From Phoronis australis (Eukaryota; Animalia; Phoronida), in contig NMRA01000141.1 of the NCBI GenBank assembly GCA_002633005.1, positions 169,858 through 233,857 of the forward strand: DNA of 64,000 nt. Direction: 5' to 3'. The translations under genes and the position numbers were made by a program. Shown here piece by piece: positions 37,901 through 52,900 of the stretch (position 1 is the stretch's first letter; each line of letters opens with the position of its first letter). The notes under the pieces were generated by a model. That model saw only the letters and a program-made list of their open reading frames with translations, made no database searches and was not told the origin of the DNA.

Positions 37901-40900
37901 GGCACTTTAAAGCTTACTTACCCTTACTTATGTGCCTTTGCACATCTTTTCATAAAAGCAAGAGACACCTTGGATGAAATTGATGTAGGTGGGTATAATT
38001 TTAGTAAATGAGCACATGCCTCAAAATGAGTTGGGGTACAGATCAGTACCAACTATACTTTTGGGTCTTATTTTTGCATTTTCTTCTTTTATTCTTCCTA
38101 GTATTCCGCACGTTTAAGTGCTAAGTACTATTATTCTATGGTTTTATCTCATTCTTATTCTCCTTTCTAATCTTTCTACATTGATGAATAATAAAATTTA
38201 TCTATATCATGATTACCCATAATGTATACACTATAATGCACAGAGCACTTAAACTGGCGAGTATGGAAATCAGGAGGGTGAGCGCTTAGCCGAAAATGAG
38301 AACTTAATCTGGGCCAGACAGTAGTTGTCCTGAACACCCATGACCTTCGAAGTTGAAACTTACAAACATACAAAAATGAAAGCGCTCTAAGGAGCCACAG
38401 TGGCAATTGACCTATCGCCAGGATTTTGACTGACGGCTTAACTGACCAATCAGAACCCAACATTCTTGATACACCTTCGACTGCATTTCCAAGCTGCCAT
38501 TTTACCCGACCAACAACTCTCTGTGGGTGACTTTTCACAAGGAGACGGAGCTAGCAATAGGTAAATTAGTAAGCCATTGTGTTAGCCTTACACGGCTCAA
38601 CACAATTAAAGTATTCATTAACCAGAGCTAATTAGTATCTTTCATATATGTCAGCCTTACATAATTCACCAGAAGTACTATTATATTTTTGGAACACTAG
38701 AAAGTACATGTAATATGAAACACTGAACAAATGTCACAAATTGTGTATTGTTGCTATGGAGGCATTACTTAACAAAGTACAAGGCAGTGTAGTTAAGTGA
38801 TAGAGCTGCTGCCTCCCCATCTAGTGATCACAGGTTGAAGTGACACAGAAAGACCACAATATGAGATAGCATTACTTTAGAGCAACTTGACCTTTTCCAC
38901 ACAGCACACCCTACACCATGCGACAAATATGGTCCAAAGATGACTAGGCACCCCTTTGTGTGCAACTGAGCAAGCGTACAGCTGGTAAATACTTCCCCTT
39001 TGTCTACTAGTTTGCGTCAACACTATTACTAGCGATGGCGCAAGTTACCCAAGTACAAGTTACCCTACCTTAATAAGGTGTTGTTCATTGACGATGTCAC
39101 ACGTGTGTCTAGTTGCCACAGCGCAAATAGCGCCCACACTACCACTACACCTATCGACAACTTGTTCCGGGAGTAACTTGTTCTAAGGTAACTCATAGTG
39201 TGGTCTCTTGCTCTGTAGCTCACTGTATATAATAGTATTTCTCATTCTGTAACATTCACTGCAATCTATTTATTCTCACAGTGTAATATCTACTGTAATG
39301 TATTGAACCCCATTGTGTACCATGTATTGTAATCTATTAATTCTCACAGTGTAATATCTACTGTAATGTATTGAATCCCATTGTGTACCATGTATTGTAA
39401 TCTATTAATTCTCACAGTGTAATATCTACTGTAATGTATTGAATCCCATTGTGTACCATGTATTGTAATCTATTAATTCTCACAGTGTAATATCTACTGT
39501 AATGTTTTGAATCCCATTGTGTACCATGTATTGTAATGTGTTAATTCTCACAGTGTAATATCTACTGTAATGTTTTGAATCCCATTGTGTACCATGTATT
39601 GTAATGTGTTAATTCTCGGCACCTGATGACACCAGTTTCCATGTCAATGTGATCATTTTATAAACAAGAGCAACGCGGAGCGTTGAAATGCGCCCACGAA
39701 TGCATCGCAAATGGTGTGCTTTTAGGATTGTTTATTTATGTCATTAAAATGGCCACTAGATGGCGCAAAATACATTGAATCTATCTGAAAACCTAAAAAA
39801 ATGTCACTGTTTCTTTAAAAGAGAGCCATTTACCAACTTTAATTAAAATTCACCAAGGAACTTCAGAGAAACAGAGGAAAACAAAAAAATGAAATTGCCA
39901 CTAGGGGGCACAGTGTTCATCTGATCAGTCTAAAAGTAGTCGTCTTCTCTTGTTAACTTCATATAAATACACGTGCTAAATTTAATAAAGATCCTGCAGA
40001 GGGCTTACGAGATACAGGTAGGACTGCAAAAAAAAAAACGCTACTAGGAGGCGCCACAGTAGTCAAAGTCATCAGAAAATCATCGGCAACCATCCCCTTC
40101 ATAGAAAGTACATACATGCCAACTTTCACTGGGCAACTATGGAACATGCCTAGTGATGTCCAGGTCACAGCTTTAAATCGTACAAACAAATTCTTCATGG
40201 AAATTGGCGATGGATGGCCTACCGCAGAACACAAGAATGAGGTGGTTTGTTATACAGATGGCTCTAAACTAGAAAATGGCCAGACAGGTGCTGGGGTCTA
40301 CTTTCCAAGCCTTCCTGTTGCAGATGCAGAAAACTGGGTATCATTAGGCAATCTTGCCACGGTGTTTCAGGCTGAGATCACTGCAATTAATAGCGCTGCT
40401 CAACTGGCACAACAATATAACACTGAACTTGGCAATCGGCCAATTACCATCTTTTCAGATAGCCAGGCAGCAATAAAAGCCCTAATGAAACTAAGGATCA
40501 ACTCTCGTTGTGTTAATGCTTGTATTAATGAGCTTAACAAGCTTCCAATTGAAAGAACCGTCAATGTATGCTGGGTCAGGGCCGATGTGGGAATTGATGG
40601 CAATGAGAATGCAGACAGACTCGCAAAGATAGGAGCAAGCGTACTGCCTTTTGTGCCTGAACCTGCTATCCCGGTATCTTACGGATGTTGCAGGATAAGT
40701 ATACGCAACTGAGTACATACCCAGTCAGCAGCCCAGTGGGCATCACTTAACTCCTGCAGAGAGACCAAGGAGAATTTTCCCAACGTGATCAAACCAAAAG
40801 GTTCAAAAAGCCTTCTGAGTCAAGATAGATTGGGTATAAGACATGTCATTCAAATTTTGACGGGCCACTGCAACCTAGCCCGACACAGACACATTACTGG

Positions 40901-43900
40901 GCATATGGGGAGCCCTGTGTGTCCCGGGTGTGGTACTGACGTAGAATCTCCTAAACACCTGGTAGAGTCTTGCCCAGCTTTTTATAGGCTAAGGAGCAAC
41001 CTACTGGATGGCACTGTTACATGCCTACAACATGTAGTACATGGCAACAAATGGAAACGTCTGTCCGTTTTCCTAAAGGCGACTGGCAGACTTGAAAACT
41101 TTCTTCACAAGGAGCCATAATTGGGCTCTCGTGCTTTTGCTCAGGTGTTGTGTGCAATGGGAACAACCATGAGGCCTGCACACGTCTGATGCACCGCAAA
41201 TGACATCAGACCACCTGCACTGTTTTTTTTTCTAACTTTCACAATCATCCTTAGAGTGGTTTGGTTGACAGAGGGACGAACGCCACAAAACAGACTCAAA
41301 AACAACAAAAATGGCCACTAGGTGGCGTAAAAAACCTTGAATCAATCCGAAGATGAATGGCTAGCGTTAACTCACTAATTGATGTCTATGTGCCAAATTT
41401 TATGAAAATCTGAGTACCTTTGAAGATACAGCGATAAACATAAAAAAATAAAATTGTCACTAGGGGGCACACCGGTAGACCGATCGGTCCGAAAGTCGTC
41501 GTCTGTTGTCAACTTCATATAGATACATTTGCTAAATTTAAAAAAGATCCTGTAGAGCGTTTAGGAGATACAGCCATGGGCGCAAAATCCATCCTAGCAA
41601 TCTGAAAACAAAAGGATGGCGTCGACTCATTAATAGACACCTATGTACCAAATTTCATGAAAATCGGTTGAAGACCTTTGAAGATACAGAGGCAAACGTA
41701 AAAAACTAAAATTGCCACTAGGGGACACAGCGGTATTCGGGTCGGTCCGAAACTCGTCGCCCTCTCTCGTAGACCCCATAGAAACACACTTGCCAAATTT
41801 CAATACGATCCTGCAAGGGGTTTAGGAAATACAGCAACGGACGCCAGACGTCTGGACGCCCAAACAGAGATGACGACCACATATAAATATGTGGGCGCAT
41901 AACACCAAAATTAAGGACACTAAGATAGCTTAAAATGTTAAAGCCTCATGCGATCCTTAATTAGATCTTCCTGACATACAATCAATCAGTGAACTTCACT
42001 CAGTCCACAGAGCGTAATATTAGATGTAAACTCACCGTTTCAAAAACCTTAACAGATGGTGTTGCATCTAGCTTTAAAATAGCACCACTGCAGTCATTTT
42101 GCATTGCTAAACAGCATTTTTGCTTGTTGACAGCAAGTGACACCTATTGCTCAACAAGTGGCCAAGCTGTTGATGGGTTTAGAAACATAATTCATTTTAG
42201 AGGATGGTTCGTGTCTAAATTTTTCAATGCATTACAAAATTAAGTACACACATTTCAGATTTTCCATTTCTCCAGAGGCAAATTTTTCCCACCAAAATTT
42301 CACCACGCTCTCCAGCGTTACCTAGACTTAACTCTTATTATTCGCATTTTTTGTAATAAACATTAAAAAATCACAGTTGTACGATTAGCAACAAAGAAAA
42401 CATATTTAGCAGACATTTTTATGGAGAACTGTGGAAAATAAATACGTTATCCACCAATATGTGCCCCCACACATCATTTATAAATACGCTTAAAATCTAA
42501 TAAGTAATATGGAGTCACTGCGACAGCAGAATCACATGTTTGCGAAACATGGCCACTACTTGCAGAGACTAGTATGACTTGTAAAATGCTGTCATTAGCC
42601 AATGCACCATCAGTAGGTTTAACACCAGCACCACCTATTGACAAGCATCATCAACAGCATCAACTTTGACTATCCATTGGTGATATATGTGAACATTTCC
42701 AACTCGTAAAGCCGAAAAGGCTGAGAATTCCCTATTATTTCTAATCCACTTGTTGTGCATATTGGAGCATCCATGCCACCGTTCAATAATCAAAAAAGTA
42801 AGTAAACACATTCTGGTTTTACCAACTTATTTATCTACATCATTCTGTTTATTAATAGTTTTTTGTCACTCACCTCATTAGCACTCATTCCACCTTGACA
42901 CAAGTAGACACCTATCTTAAACACCTCCTTCTCATCATGCCCCATAGTATCAAGGCATAAGTTACTGGCTGGGTTGCGCACCTGAAATTACAAACATGAG
43001 GACACCATGCTCAGTAGTATCACAGAACAAGTAACTAGCTGAGTTTCATATTTTATTTGTAAGTTGCTTAGATAATAGCTAATCTCTGAGAAATCCACTC
43101 ACATTTCATCAAATGAAGTTTTGGCTATTAATTGTCAAGCCACAAAAGTAAAAATTGAGCCCGTGCCTTGAAATGTCAAGCAACCTTTCATAATCAGATG
43201 ACAGACAAGTTTTCATTTCTGATCAGTGATGCAATATGTGAATATCACTCATATTTAAAAAATACACAAAAGCTGATAACTGCCTTGAGTGCCATATGAA
43301 AATAGGTTGCTGCAAATAAAAGGTGAAACGATCTCCTGCCACCTACCATTCCATAAGCAAAGACGTCCTCATCCGGTATAAACTTCTCCGGATACACGTT
43401 ATCAAGGTACCACTTGAAACTTTTACACTGTAAACGCTTGCGCAGTTCAACCCGGGATGATAAATCTCCAGCATCTACAGACTGAAAATAGTATAGAGAA
43501 CTTTTTTAGAACCAAATCTTCAAATACATTCCAGGTTGATAGACAAAAAGGTAGTGGTACCGCACTCAGTACTGGAAACATGTTGTTGACTAGAGAACAC
43601 AAACAATGACCCCACAGATCTATGGGTACTTCATTTCAAACATTCAAAACTTCTTCCAACCTCACTCCCACCCACAGTGCAGTAGCTATTTTCTGGCACG
43701 TAAAAAAGAGATTAGCTGTTCAAAAAACAGGGATTGTCAACAGCACAATGCTGCCTTAAAAAATAGCCCTCATACGGGTAGTACTGTGAGAAAATATGCG
43801 GTTTTTGAAGAGTGCAGATGATTTCCAATGTGGCAATGAAGGTTGAGTGTAACCTTTTCCACAAGTCGAAAGCTAAAAAAATATGTAATTTAATCCAGTA

Positions 43901-46900
43901 AAAGTATTATTTTCTAAGAACAGAATATGATTTTTGATTTTATACCAATCTGTCATAGCTTGGGTCACATGACCATGTCTTAAAAGCAATATTTAGCAAA
44001 TTAAAAAGAAAGTCACATTTCTTGGGATATAATTGTTCAAGAAGAATTCACAAAAACACTGACACAGTTTTCTAAATTGATGTTTAATATAGTTTTGTTA
44101 ATATGCAACTTTTGATTGTTTCATAAAAATTTTAAAAGTAATACTTTTGGTGACCCCTCATGCGAAAATGAAACCAGTTAAAACCAATTCCTCATAGAGA
44201 TTTAAAGAATCGAGCATCAAACACAATATCTGAAATTTTCATTTGAATCTGACCATACAACATGATGATGCTGACCATAACAATTCCACAGCAAATTTAA
44301 GACCCAACATGGTGGCCAGTGGAACATAATATGCCATTTTTCCACGAAACATTATTAATAGCGGCAAGTTGTTGCTCTTTCATCTTCAAGTTCTACGTCA
44401 TATCCACCAAAAGAGAATATTTACAATAACTGAGTGTGTGCATTCAAAAAGATACTATGAGACATTGACACAATGAAAGGTAATTTTAATATTTTTGTTT
44501 AAAATTTGAGACTTTACTAGTGTAACTCACAATGAGGTCTTGTCTATGACTGTAGAACAGTCGTTTGTACTCATCCATCCACACCTCGGCAAGTCGCTTA
44601 GAGTTAATGCCGTGAGTATCCTTATTACCTGCAGCAATTAGGGAGTGGATGAAACTTTAAAATCCAGTTTAAGTCATTTTCAGACACTAATTAGGAACGT
44701 GACGTCATAAAAATCGATTTTTTTTCTATAAAGCAATATCTTGAAATTTTGAAATTGATACTAGAAAATTATTTATTAGCAGAAAATGAATAGTTTTTTT
44801 CTGAATGCGAATGCGTATACAAGGAAGTTACAATTAATTAAACTAAAATCAAGTCAATACATCAGAACTTTTCAAGGAGCTATGTCTCAATAACGACATG
44901 TACCAAAACAATAACATCACACAGAATTTATTGCCGACCACACAAATGTGACTCACACGCAAAAGTTATAAAACAACACATAAACAAGGTTTGACTACAC
45001 AAATATTTAATTTAGCTGTCAAGTTGTTAACAAAACTGAGAATTTAAAAAAGGTAAACAAAATTTTTAAAATTGATTCTTGTTCATTGGGCTTTCATTCT
45101 CATTTTTACATTAAGTAATGCAGTTAATTAAACAGAGTTCATACCTCCATGGTACTCAGGGCTTGGAATGACCCATGACAAAAAAGAGGAAATTTTTATT
45201 GCCCTAAGTACACATTTCAATCTGAACCATACCTCAACAGATCGAAAGTATACATTATCATCACAAGATGCTCCTTAATTGTGTCGCGTTGGCAAAACGC
45301 ATTCATCTTAAGCAGTACCTGATTATATTTCAGCAACAACAATGAAGGCAATTATATGCAACAAAAGATATTTTTTAAAATTAAAATAATAAAGATAATG
45401 ATGCAAAATTTGCAGTGTGAGTGGCAGGAGCCTATTCTTGATTTGCTGCAGGGAGACCTATATTTTTTTTCAATTCTTATAATTACGATACAAAATTACA
45501 AGAAGAATTTGAAAATCGATCCATAAATTATCTGGAAAGCCTGAAATACATACACATTTGATTCCAACAAAAAATTTAATTCCAACGCAAATGGAAAAAA
45601 GTCAAGACGAAAACCTGTGGCTCATACCCCAACTGTTAGCATGGAAAAATGAAAGTAAAAAACAACATGCTTTAAACTATAGAATACATCAATCACAATC
45701 CTAAGTTGGCCAAACTTTTCAGTTTCAAACAGTAATTACAGGAGTTAATTGTTATTAAGCCACACTGGTGTAGAAGAAACTATGTGACATAAGAAATAAC
45801 TACACGGACACTGAAAATAGGCTGGCAGAACTTTTAAACAATGGCTTAGACCAATCAGATCATTCAGAATCTGTCACGTGATCACTTCTCTCTTGAACTG
45901 AAAATCTCGAGTCACAACATAGAACACGAAAAATGTCAAAATAAATTGAAATACATAAATGGCAATTTAAAACATAATTGCAGTAACGAATATAGCACTT
46001 TGTATCCCGTTTCGGCGGCACGTAGAAAATCGCACTCAGGCGGTCAGGCCAAGAACTAGCAGCCAACAGGCATGCACGTGGGATCAAACAAAAGAATTTC
46101 ACTCACATCCCACGATTCCAATCCAACGAATAACCGGTTACGGTTAAATTTCCTTTCAGGAAGCATTGTTATTTCTAGTGTTTCATCGTTTTCAGTCGAT
46201 CATCCGACTCCAACTTAGTCCAAGGCGACTCGGCCACGCACTCCGTAATTGTTCCTCTATCAAAGTTTACGGAGAACAAACCTTGAACTATGTCGTTTGT
46301 GAAGAGATTGACCGTTTGTTTTATCCACTTTTTCCCCAAAATATTTTGTGTACTCCATGCTCCACGCATTTTTGACCACAGAATCGTATTATTTGTCACC
46401 GCAATTTTATACCACATGCAGACGCCATTAATGAACCACGCACGGCACAGGCGCTTGAATTCATCTGTTTCTCGATCGCCTCTGACGTCACTCACAACTA
46501 TGAAAACATGTTTCTTATACACGGTTATGAGTTACCGGGAAATTTGAGCGCCTGCGATCCCAGGTTCACCGGCAATTACAATTTTCGGTCCTCCGAAGTA
46601 AAAAGAGCAGTTTCCGCTTTTTGACCCGTCGGCAACGCCGTGGTGAGAAACCAATTTGCTGTGATAATTTTATGGCAAATCCAACTTTTCCGCAGAAATA
46701 TAACAAAAATAGCGAAGGGAATAAGAGAAAAAAGCGGAAATCCGCGTTTCCCCAGAAAATTCCAAGCCTTGGGTACTTAACTCGCCTCACCGATGGTTTC
46801 GATGTTTTTGTTGGTAACAGAAATTTCCTATATCGGTAAGGAATACTGCAAGACCAATTTAATGCAAGTAAAGGGCCCAATTCTATTTTCATTTTTAGCC

Positions 46901-49900
46901 AGCAAAACACGACAAAACTTAACTTTAGTTCACATATTCCCAATCTGAATATATTTGGAGATTAGATGGCCAAACGTACCTGGGAATGTATATGGGTGAG
47001 AGGCACGGAAAATGTGGCCGACTCTGGAGCATGGAATGAATTCTAATGTTCCACCGCACATCCACGTCTGGAAAGATAAGAAATATATTAATTGATACAG
47101 AACGGCTGCATTAGTTGCAACACCCTGTCCAACATAAACTTAACACAACTTATCCATAGCAAACAAAAAAAAACAATTGCAGGCGGTCTGATACACGTTG
47201 TAGCAGACGTCCGCAGGCCTCGCATGTGGACCCATTGTACTGATCACCTGGAACTATTCTTATGCTTTATTAATATGTGGCTAAAACCGAGCTGAGGAGC
47301 TAGAAACCTGGCTCAAGGGTTTAGCAGTGTCACCTGGTGGGACTCAAACCCACGACCTCAAGTAAAAAAAGCGGGCACTTATCAACCAGACCGCACTGCC
47401 ACCTCTTAATCCATAGCAAGTCAGCTGCTAAAATTTTACATAGCTTTCGAGCTCCAGCTTCAAAAAGCAGCTTAGTACCCAAAATCGGAAAATTGACCAA
47501 GAGAAGTATTCACACTATCTACCAAGGCACTGAAATTCTGAAAACATAAAAGGTCACTCTAAATACAGTTGATTTACTCACTCTGAATGATATTTCTAAG
47601 TTTTCTCCTCCCCACACATCCATGCCCTCATCGTAAGCACCAAGCTCAAAAAAATATTTACGATCAGCAGCAAACAAGCCACCAGCCATCGTAGGTGATC
47701 TGAAACATGACAGGGCTCAGAATGAAGCAGACGACTGCGACTCACCTGTGATTGCAAAACACTACTGTAGAATAAAACATAAATAATAAACCAGGTTAAA
47801 CAACCACACAAAATATCATACGTGTCAAATCCTTTCCTACCATAACAGGAAAACATGTTCACACTTCAACAGGAAAACATGTTCACACTTCAACAGGAAA
47901 ACATGTTCACACTTCAACAGGAAAACATGTTCACACTTCAACAGAACATTCAGAGTACTGGCGAGTCTAAAGATAACGAAACTGACATCAAAACAGTAAT
48001 TAACGAGCTTTCTTTCACAAGAAAACAACTTTTGATTTAGTCTACGTTATGAAATTGGTCTCAAAATTGATCCTTAGTCAAATTGGAGGTGAGTTCAGGA
48101 CTGACGACTTGTTATTGCTTAAGATCCGACTGTTTCCTTGACATGGCCTGTCATTTTATGAGAGGAACATGGTCTCAATTATTAACAGTCAGTTCTTTAC
48201 AAGAGCAGAAACAAATTATTGTTCGAGTAAGGGTCTAGTAGAGACCAATTTTATAAAAACAAGTCGTTTAAATTTTGCTTCTTGGGACAGAACACGTGAT
48301 TATGCCACTTTAATTTTGACCCACCTTCCAAGATTGGGCCACACTTCATATCAATTGCAGGTGGTATCTAAATTTTTCGTGATGGTAGAAACCAAGCGGT
48401 ATCAAGGAAAGGGAATCAATTGTTAGAATCAATTAGCCGGTTTCAGGATTGACACGTTTACAGCATACAGAGGGAAGAAATGGTGTTTTAACAATCTATT
48501 CAAGTTGAACTTTGGAATTAAAAATTGTTTGAGAATTGGTAAGGAGTTAGTAACCAGAACAGGAAATATGAAAGGCTGGGTGTCATTCACTTGTGAACAC
48601 CTGCAGCATTAGGGGCCTGATGGTAGTCATAACATGACCCATGTCTTAGACTACTGAAACACAGTTCATATGAAGACCATTGTTAAATGTGGACATGAAC
48701 TAAGCTGGAACTCACGTTGAAATTTGCTAAAATTCATTACTGTCCAAATGCAGCGACACTTTTGCAATATTGTACCAATGACCGTTTTGGATAGAACAAA
48801 GTGCGCGGCTTTTGACAACATAGGTGCCCAGTTTTTATGGCTAATGTTGGACAAGCAACCTACTTAGTTCATACTGGGCATGTCAGACTTGGACTTTTCA
48901 CAAAACTACGACGATTCATCATTAAAACTGGAAATGACTACGTCACCAGCAAGACATTAGAGCACAAAACCACATGCATCTCAGGATACCAACAGAGGGC
49001 ATAACCGCATAGTGCTCCTCTTCAACAAAACAGTTCAAACTGTCAGCTGTTCCCAGTAAACTCTTCTCAGACAAACGTAATTTCTTGACATGAAAAAGTA
49101 ACACCTGTTATAATTCCAGTAAAGCGTGATCTCACAGCAGATGATAAAGTAAAAAGCAAACTGACACAGAATCTCTAGCCCACAACATAATGTTGCTTTT
49201 TTACAATACATCTTATTGAGCCATTTTCTTAGTGTAACACATGCATTTTTGTGTTTTAAGACATTCTAAATGTTTTTGTTCAATCCTCATTATTTTCTTA
49301 TTTCATTTTATCACATGTTTATAGTATCTCATTGCACAATTCTTGTAACTTGAACCACAATGCTATCTGAGCATCACTTATACCCATTATTTTTGAAGCT
49401 GTTGTAAGAGTGTAAGAGACATACTTTTGATTTAGACTTATCACAATAAAACTGCTCTCTTACTAAGACGAGAAGTAATTTAAACTTATCACAATAAAAC
49501 TGTCTCTTACTCGGATGAGAAGTGATTTCTGGACTTAGCAAGAAGTGGCAGTTTGTTAGTGCTCTAGAACATTCTTAGCATATACAATGACCCCACCCCC
49601 ACCTCCCTCCCCCCTAGACAAGCTAACATGTCAAGTACTATTTTCTGAGTCACGAATTCACTCAAATTTGAGTGATGAAAAATTGAGACAAATTTCAAAA
49701 CTGCAAGAGTTCTACATCAAAGGTAGTTTTAACAGAAGGTGAGTGGGTTCATAGCAGCTTTTATTTTCTCGTCTTGCCCAATGTGTATAATGCAAACATT
49801 CTATTTTGTCTCATGACAGCTAAATAGGTCAACATTACCAACAATAAAGAGAGATTTCAACCAAGTTCATATCATTATGATTATGATTATTATTAGTAAT

Positions 49901-52900
49901 AGCGTCGAGAAAAACATCATTACTATCAAGGAGCTCAAAAGTGATGTTTGTTAAAATTCGTGTTTATTAATTACACAATAAAAATAAATAAAATTTCATG
50001 TTGCTTTTATTGTTATGGGTGCAAAGTGCATAGTAGATGCATGCCATAGGCACAAAAAATCCCTGAAGCTCCTTAGGACACTCCCAGCTCTTTAGTATTG
50101 ATCTGCGAGCTGACTGCATTCCTTTGTTTCCTGCAGACACCGCCGTTCCTACATTTTATTTGAGGTTTGCACATTTTCTAGCCCTCCAGGGACTTAGACT
50201 CATGGTTTTTTCAATCAAAATTGAACTTTGCTAGAAGTACAAGCACAAAACTAATTATAACTTTAGTATTTGGTCAAAATGAATAAATCACGCCATTTGG
50301 CAACCACGGCAGTTAACTATATTTATCAAAACAGTAATCCAAAAATAAAAACAAACAAACCACACTCCTGGTGAACACAATACAGATATTACACAGGAAA
50401 GATTTAAAAAGTGAAAGCTTAATTTAGACGTTTAATTGTTAATCACAAAAACGATGAAAACGACTTGTTAAGAGAAGGTGAAACTGATTTGTGCTCCTTC
50501 GTTTCGGATACTCATTCGGATAAATTATGCAACATGATGTCCATTCACATATCTAATGCAGCATGCTCTGTTGAGCTCAGATCACTGAATGACCTTGGCC
50601 TTGGTTCGTAGCCCTAAGCAAATGATAATTTACATACTCACAAGATTTAATGATCTCTGCCACTTTCGAACAGTAATCAGTCACATAACAAACATGCAAA
50701 GATGACTTTGTTAACAAATTAAAACAATTAATGTATACCTCCTAATTAAAAAAATTAATGAAACTCCTGCCAATTCCCTTACGATTTACTACGGATTTTT
50801 TTCTTTTTCCCCTATCTTTTACATTACTTCGATCAAATTGTGGAAATTCCGGTGAAATACCTCAACTTTTTGAAAATCCTGGAGCTGTACTGACCACTAC
50901 TTCATGAAAGTGCTAACCTGACTGGATCAACAGGTGATTGACGCCTTTTCTGCTCATGCGGGGGTATTGAGTGCCAAGAGAAGTGAAGACTCCACCAAAA
51001 ACCGCCAACACCTGACTCCCCAACACCTCCATAAGACAATCTCTTATCACTGATGACGTCAATTTCAGGGCACAAGACAGCTGAACGCTTTTCTTTGATT
51101 CGCGCCAACATGGGCTCTAACCTGTTGACATTAAAACATTGGCATTATCAATTAAATAAAAAGTTCAAGTTGCTGAATCCGAACTACATTCATTTAAGTT
51201 TGCGAGTAAATCATAATATAGCCAGGAAGCAATCAAAGAACTTTGTTATCTTGGGTGAACCCCGCATCTGTGAATATTTAATTTGAAGCAAGCACCACCT
51301 AGTGACTTCCTGGAGAACTGTGTGTACAATTATAATCAGGAAAAGAAAAAAATTGTAAATGAAGAGCGGTTATAAAGATCGTAATTCCAAATACTACGCA
51401 ATCGTTATTTGATAGTGAAATTAAAAAATAATAAGAATTGAGCCTTGTTTCATTAGGGTAACTACGAAATACAGCCACACTCATTTACGTACAAATAGTC
51501 TCATAAAATGAGACTTTCGCAAGATTGTAATGGTAACTGATTCTCGGATGGTTTCTGGCACATTGAAGGACTCGGGTTTGTTTGTAAATTCGTACTTCAT
51601 TTGCATATTCACAATTTAATGAGACTATGCATCTTTAAGAGGTGTAACAGTGTACCCCAGTCGAACATGGCTTTGTACATGTAGCCCTGAGTGAAATGAT
51701 AAACAGAAATGATAGCGAGATTTCATTCCACCAGGTCTTCTACACCTCAAAAGAGAAAAACAAGTAATTGTGAAGATATATCAGGATTCAGTTGAAAACA
51801 TAGCTTTTGACTAAAACTTCTTAGATCGTATGAAAACAGATTTAAGCAACTAAATGTCATCAAATTCATGAATATGTTGAGTACGTTTGTTTTAAAAATG
51901 GCCATCAGAGGTCCTTCAGTGTTCCGAGTTTCATAGCACCATCTTAATTATAAACAAATGACAATGAGTAAATGTAAATTCTGGAAGCCTGAAATGCAAT
52001 CAGCCACATGTGTTTGATTATTGACCAACATTACCAGCATCCCTAAATAGTTTAATAAGGTTGGTAGAGTTGATGAGTAGTAGTTTTCTTTTTCACAACC
52101 AGTAAAAACATATTTACCCTTGACAATTTCAGCTCCTATCAGCAGCCATCTTCCGAAGTTATTGCACGCTGCTGATCCACTTTTCTTGATCCAGTCATGA
52201 ACAGGGATGATGGAGGTTATAAGTTGCCCAAAATTTGGAGCAGCCTGATCACCATGCCATCTAGCGTCCAATAACTTCAGAAGACGGCTGCTGATAGGAG
52301 CAGAAACTGTCCAGGGTAAACATGTTCTTACAGGTTGTGAAAAAACTACTACTACTCATTACCAGTATCAATTCTTCAACCAAGTGGACAATCTAAATTA
52401 ATATGTTAGTTCACTCAAAGGGTTCGTATGGTATTCATAACCAGATTACAGATGTTAACTTCATCTAGTGTGAATTATTTCTTTTTTAATTTTGAAATAC
52501 AGAGTTCAGAGATCAGTCATTTGGTAGCCGTAATGGACACAATTTCATGAAACAACATTTAGAGTGGAGCATGAAAACTTTCAGTTATTGAAAACAACCA
52601 TATTTACCCAGTTTCCCCCTTTTGACATTTCTAATATTTTTCACTCAATATCTAAATAAAAGTGAGATTCACAGTCTCAGACAGAGTCAGTATTATAAGC
52701 AAAAACCTACTTTGATAAAAAGGACACGTAATACACACTGATATCTTGTAAAGGGTCCCACAGGGCAAATATAAAACGATGTAATGAAGAAAAGGCACAT
52801 TTCTGTTGCACCTGCAGACTTATCCATAACCTACATTTTGTTATCAGGTAACAAGAACAGAATGAGTGTTTGTTCAGAATTGAAAGATACACACAGAACT

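Noticed and set aside
38783-39000. Possible further tRNA-derived SINE
   Set aside because: The boxes are very degenerate, with no second copy or TSD to support it.
39272-39617. CRISPR-like arrays (also 47845-47944 and 53690-53958)
   Set aside because: Contiguous tandem units with no unique spacers and no cas genes; eukaryotic intron context.
46175-46943. Cluster of 70-125 aa ORFs in GALNT intron 6
   Set aside because: No recognisable domain or splice structure; probably non-coding or repeat-derived.
47700-47766. Possible 19-nt GALNT micro-exon (cag|gtgagt at ~47746)
   Set aside because: It would leave a 47-nt intron and shift the frame; the model is complete without it.
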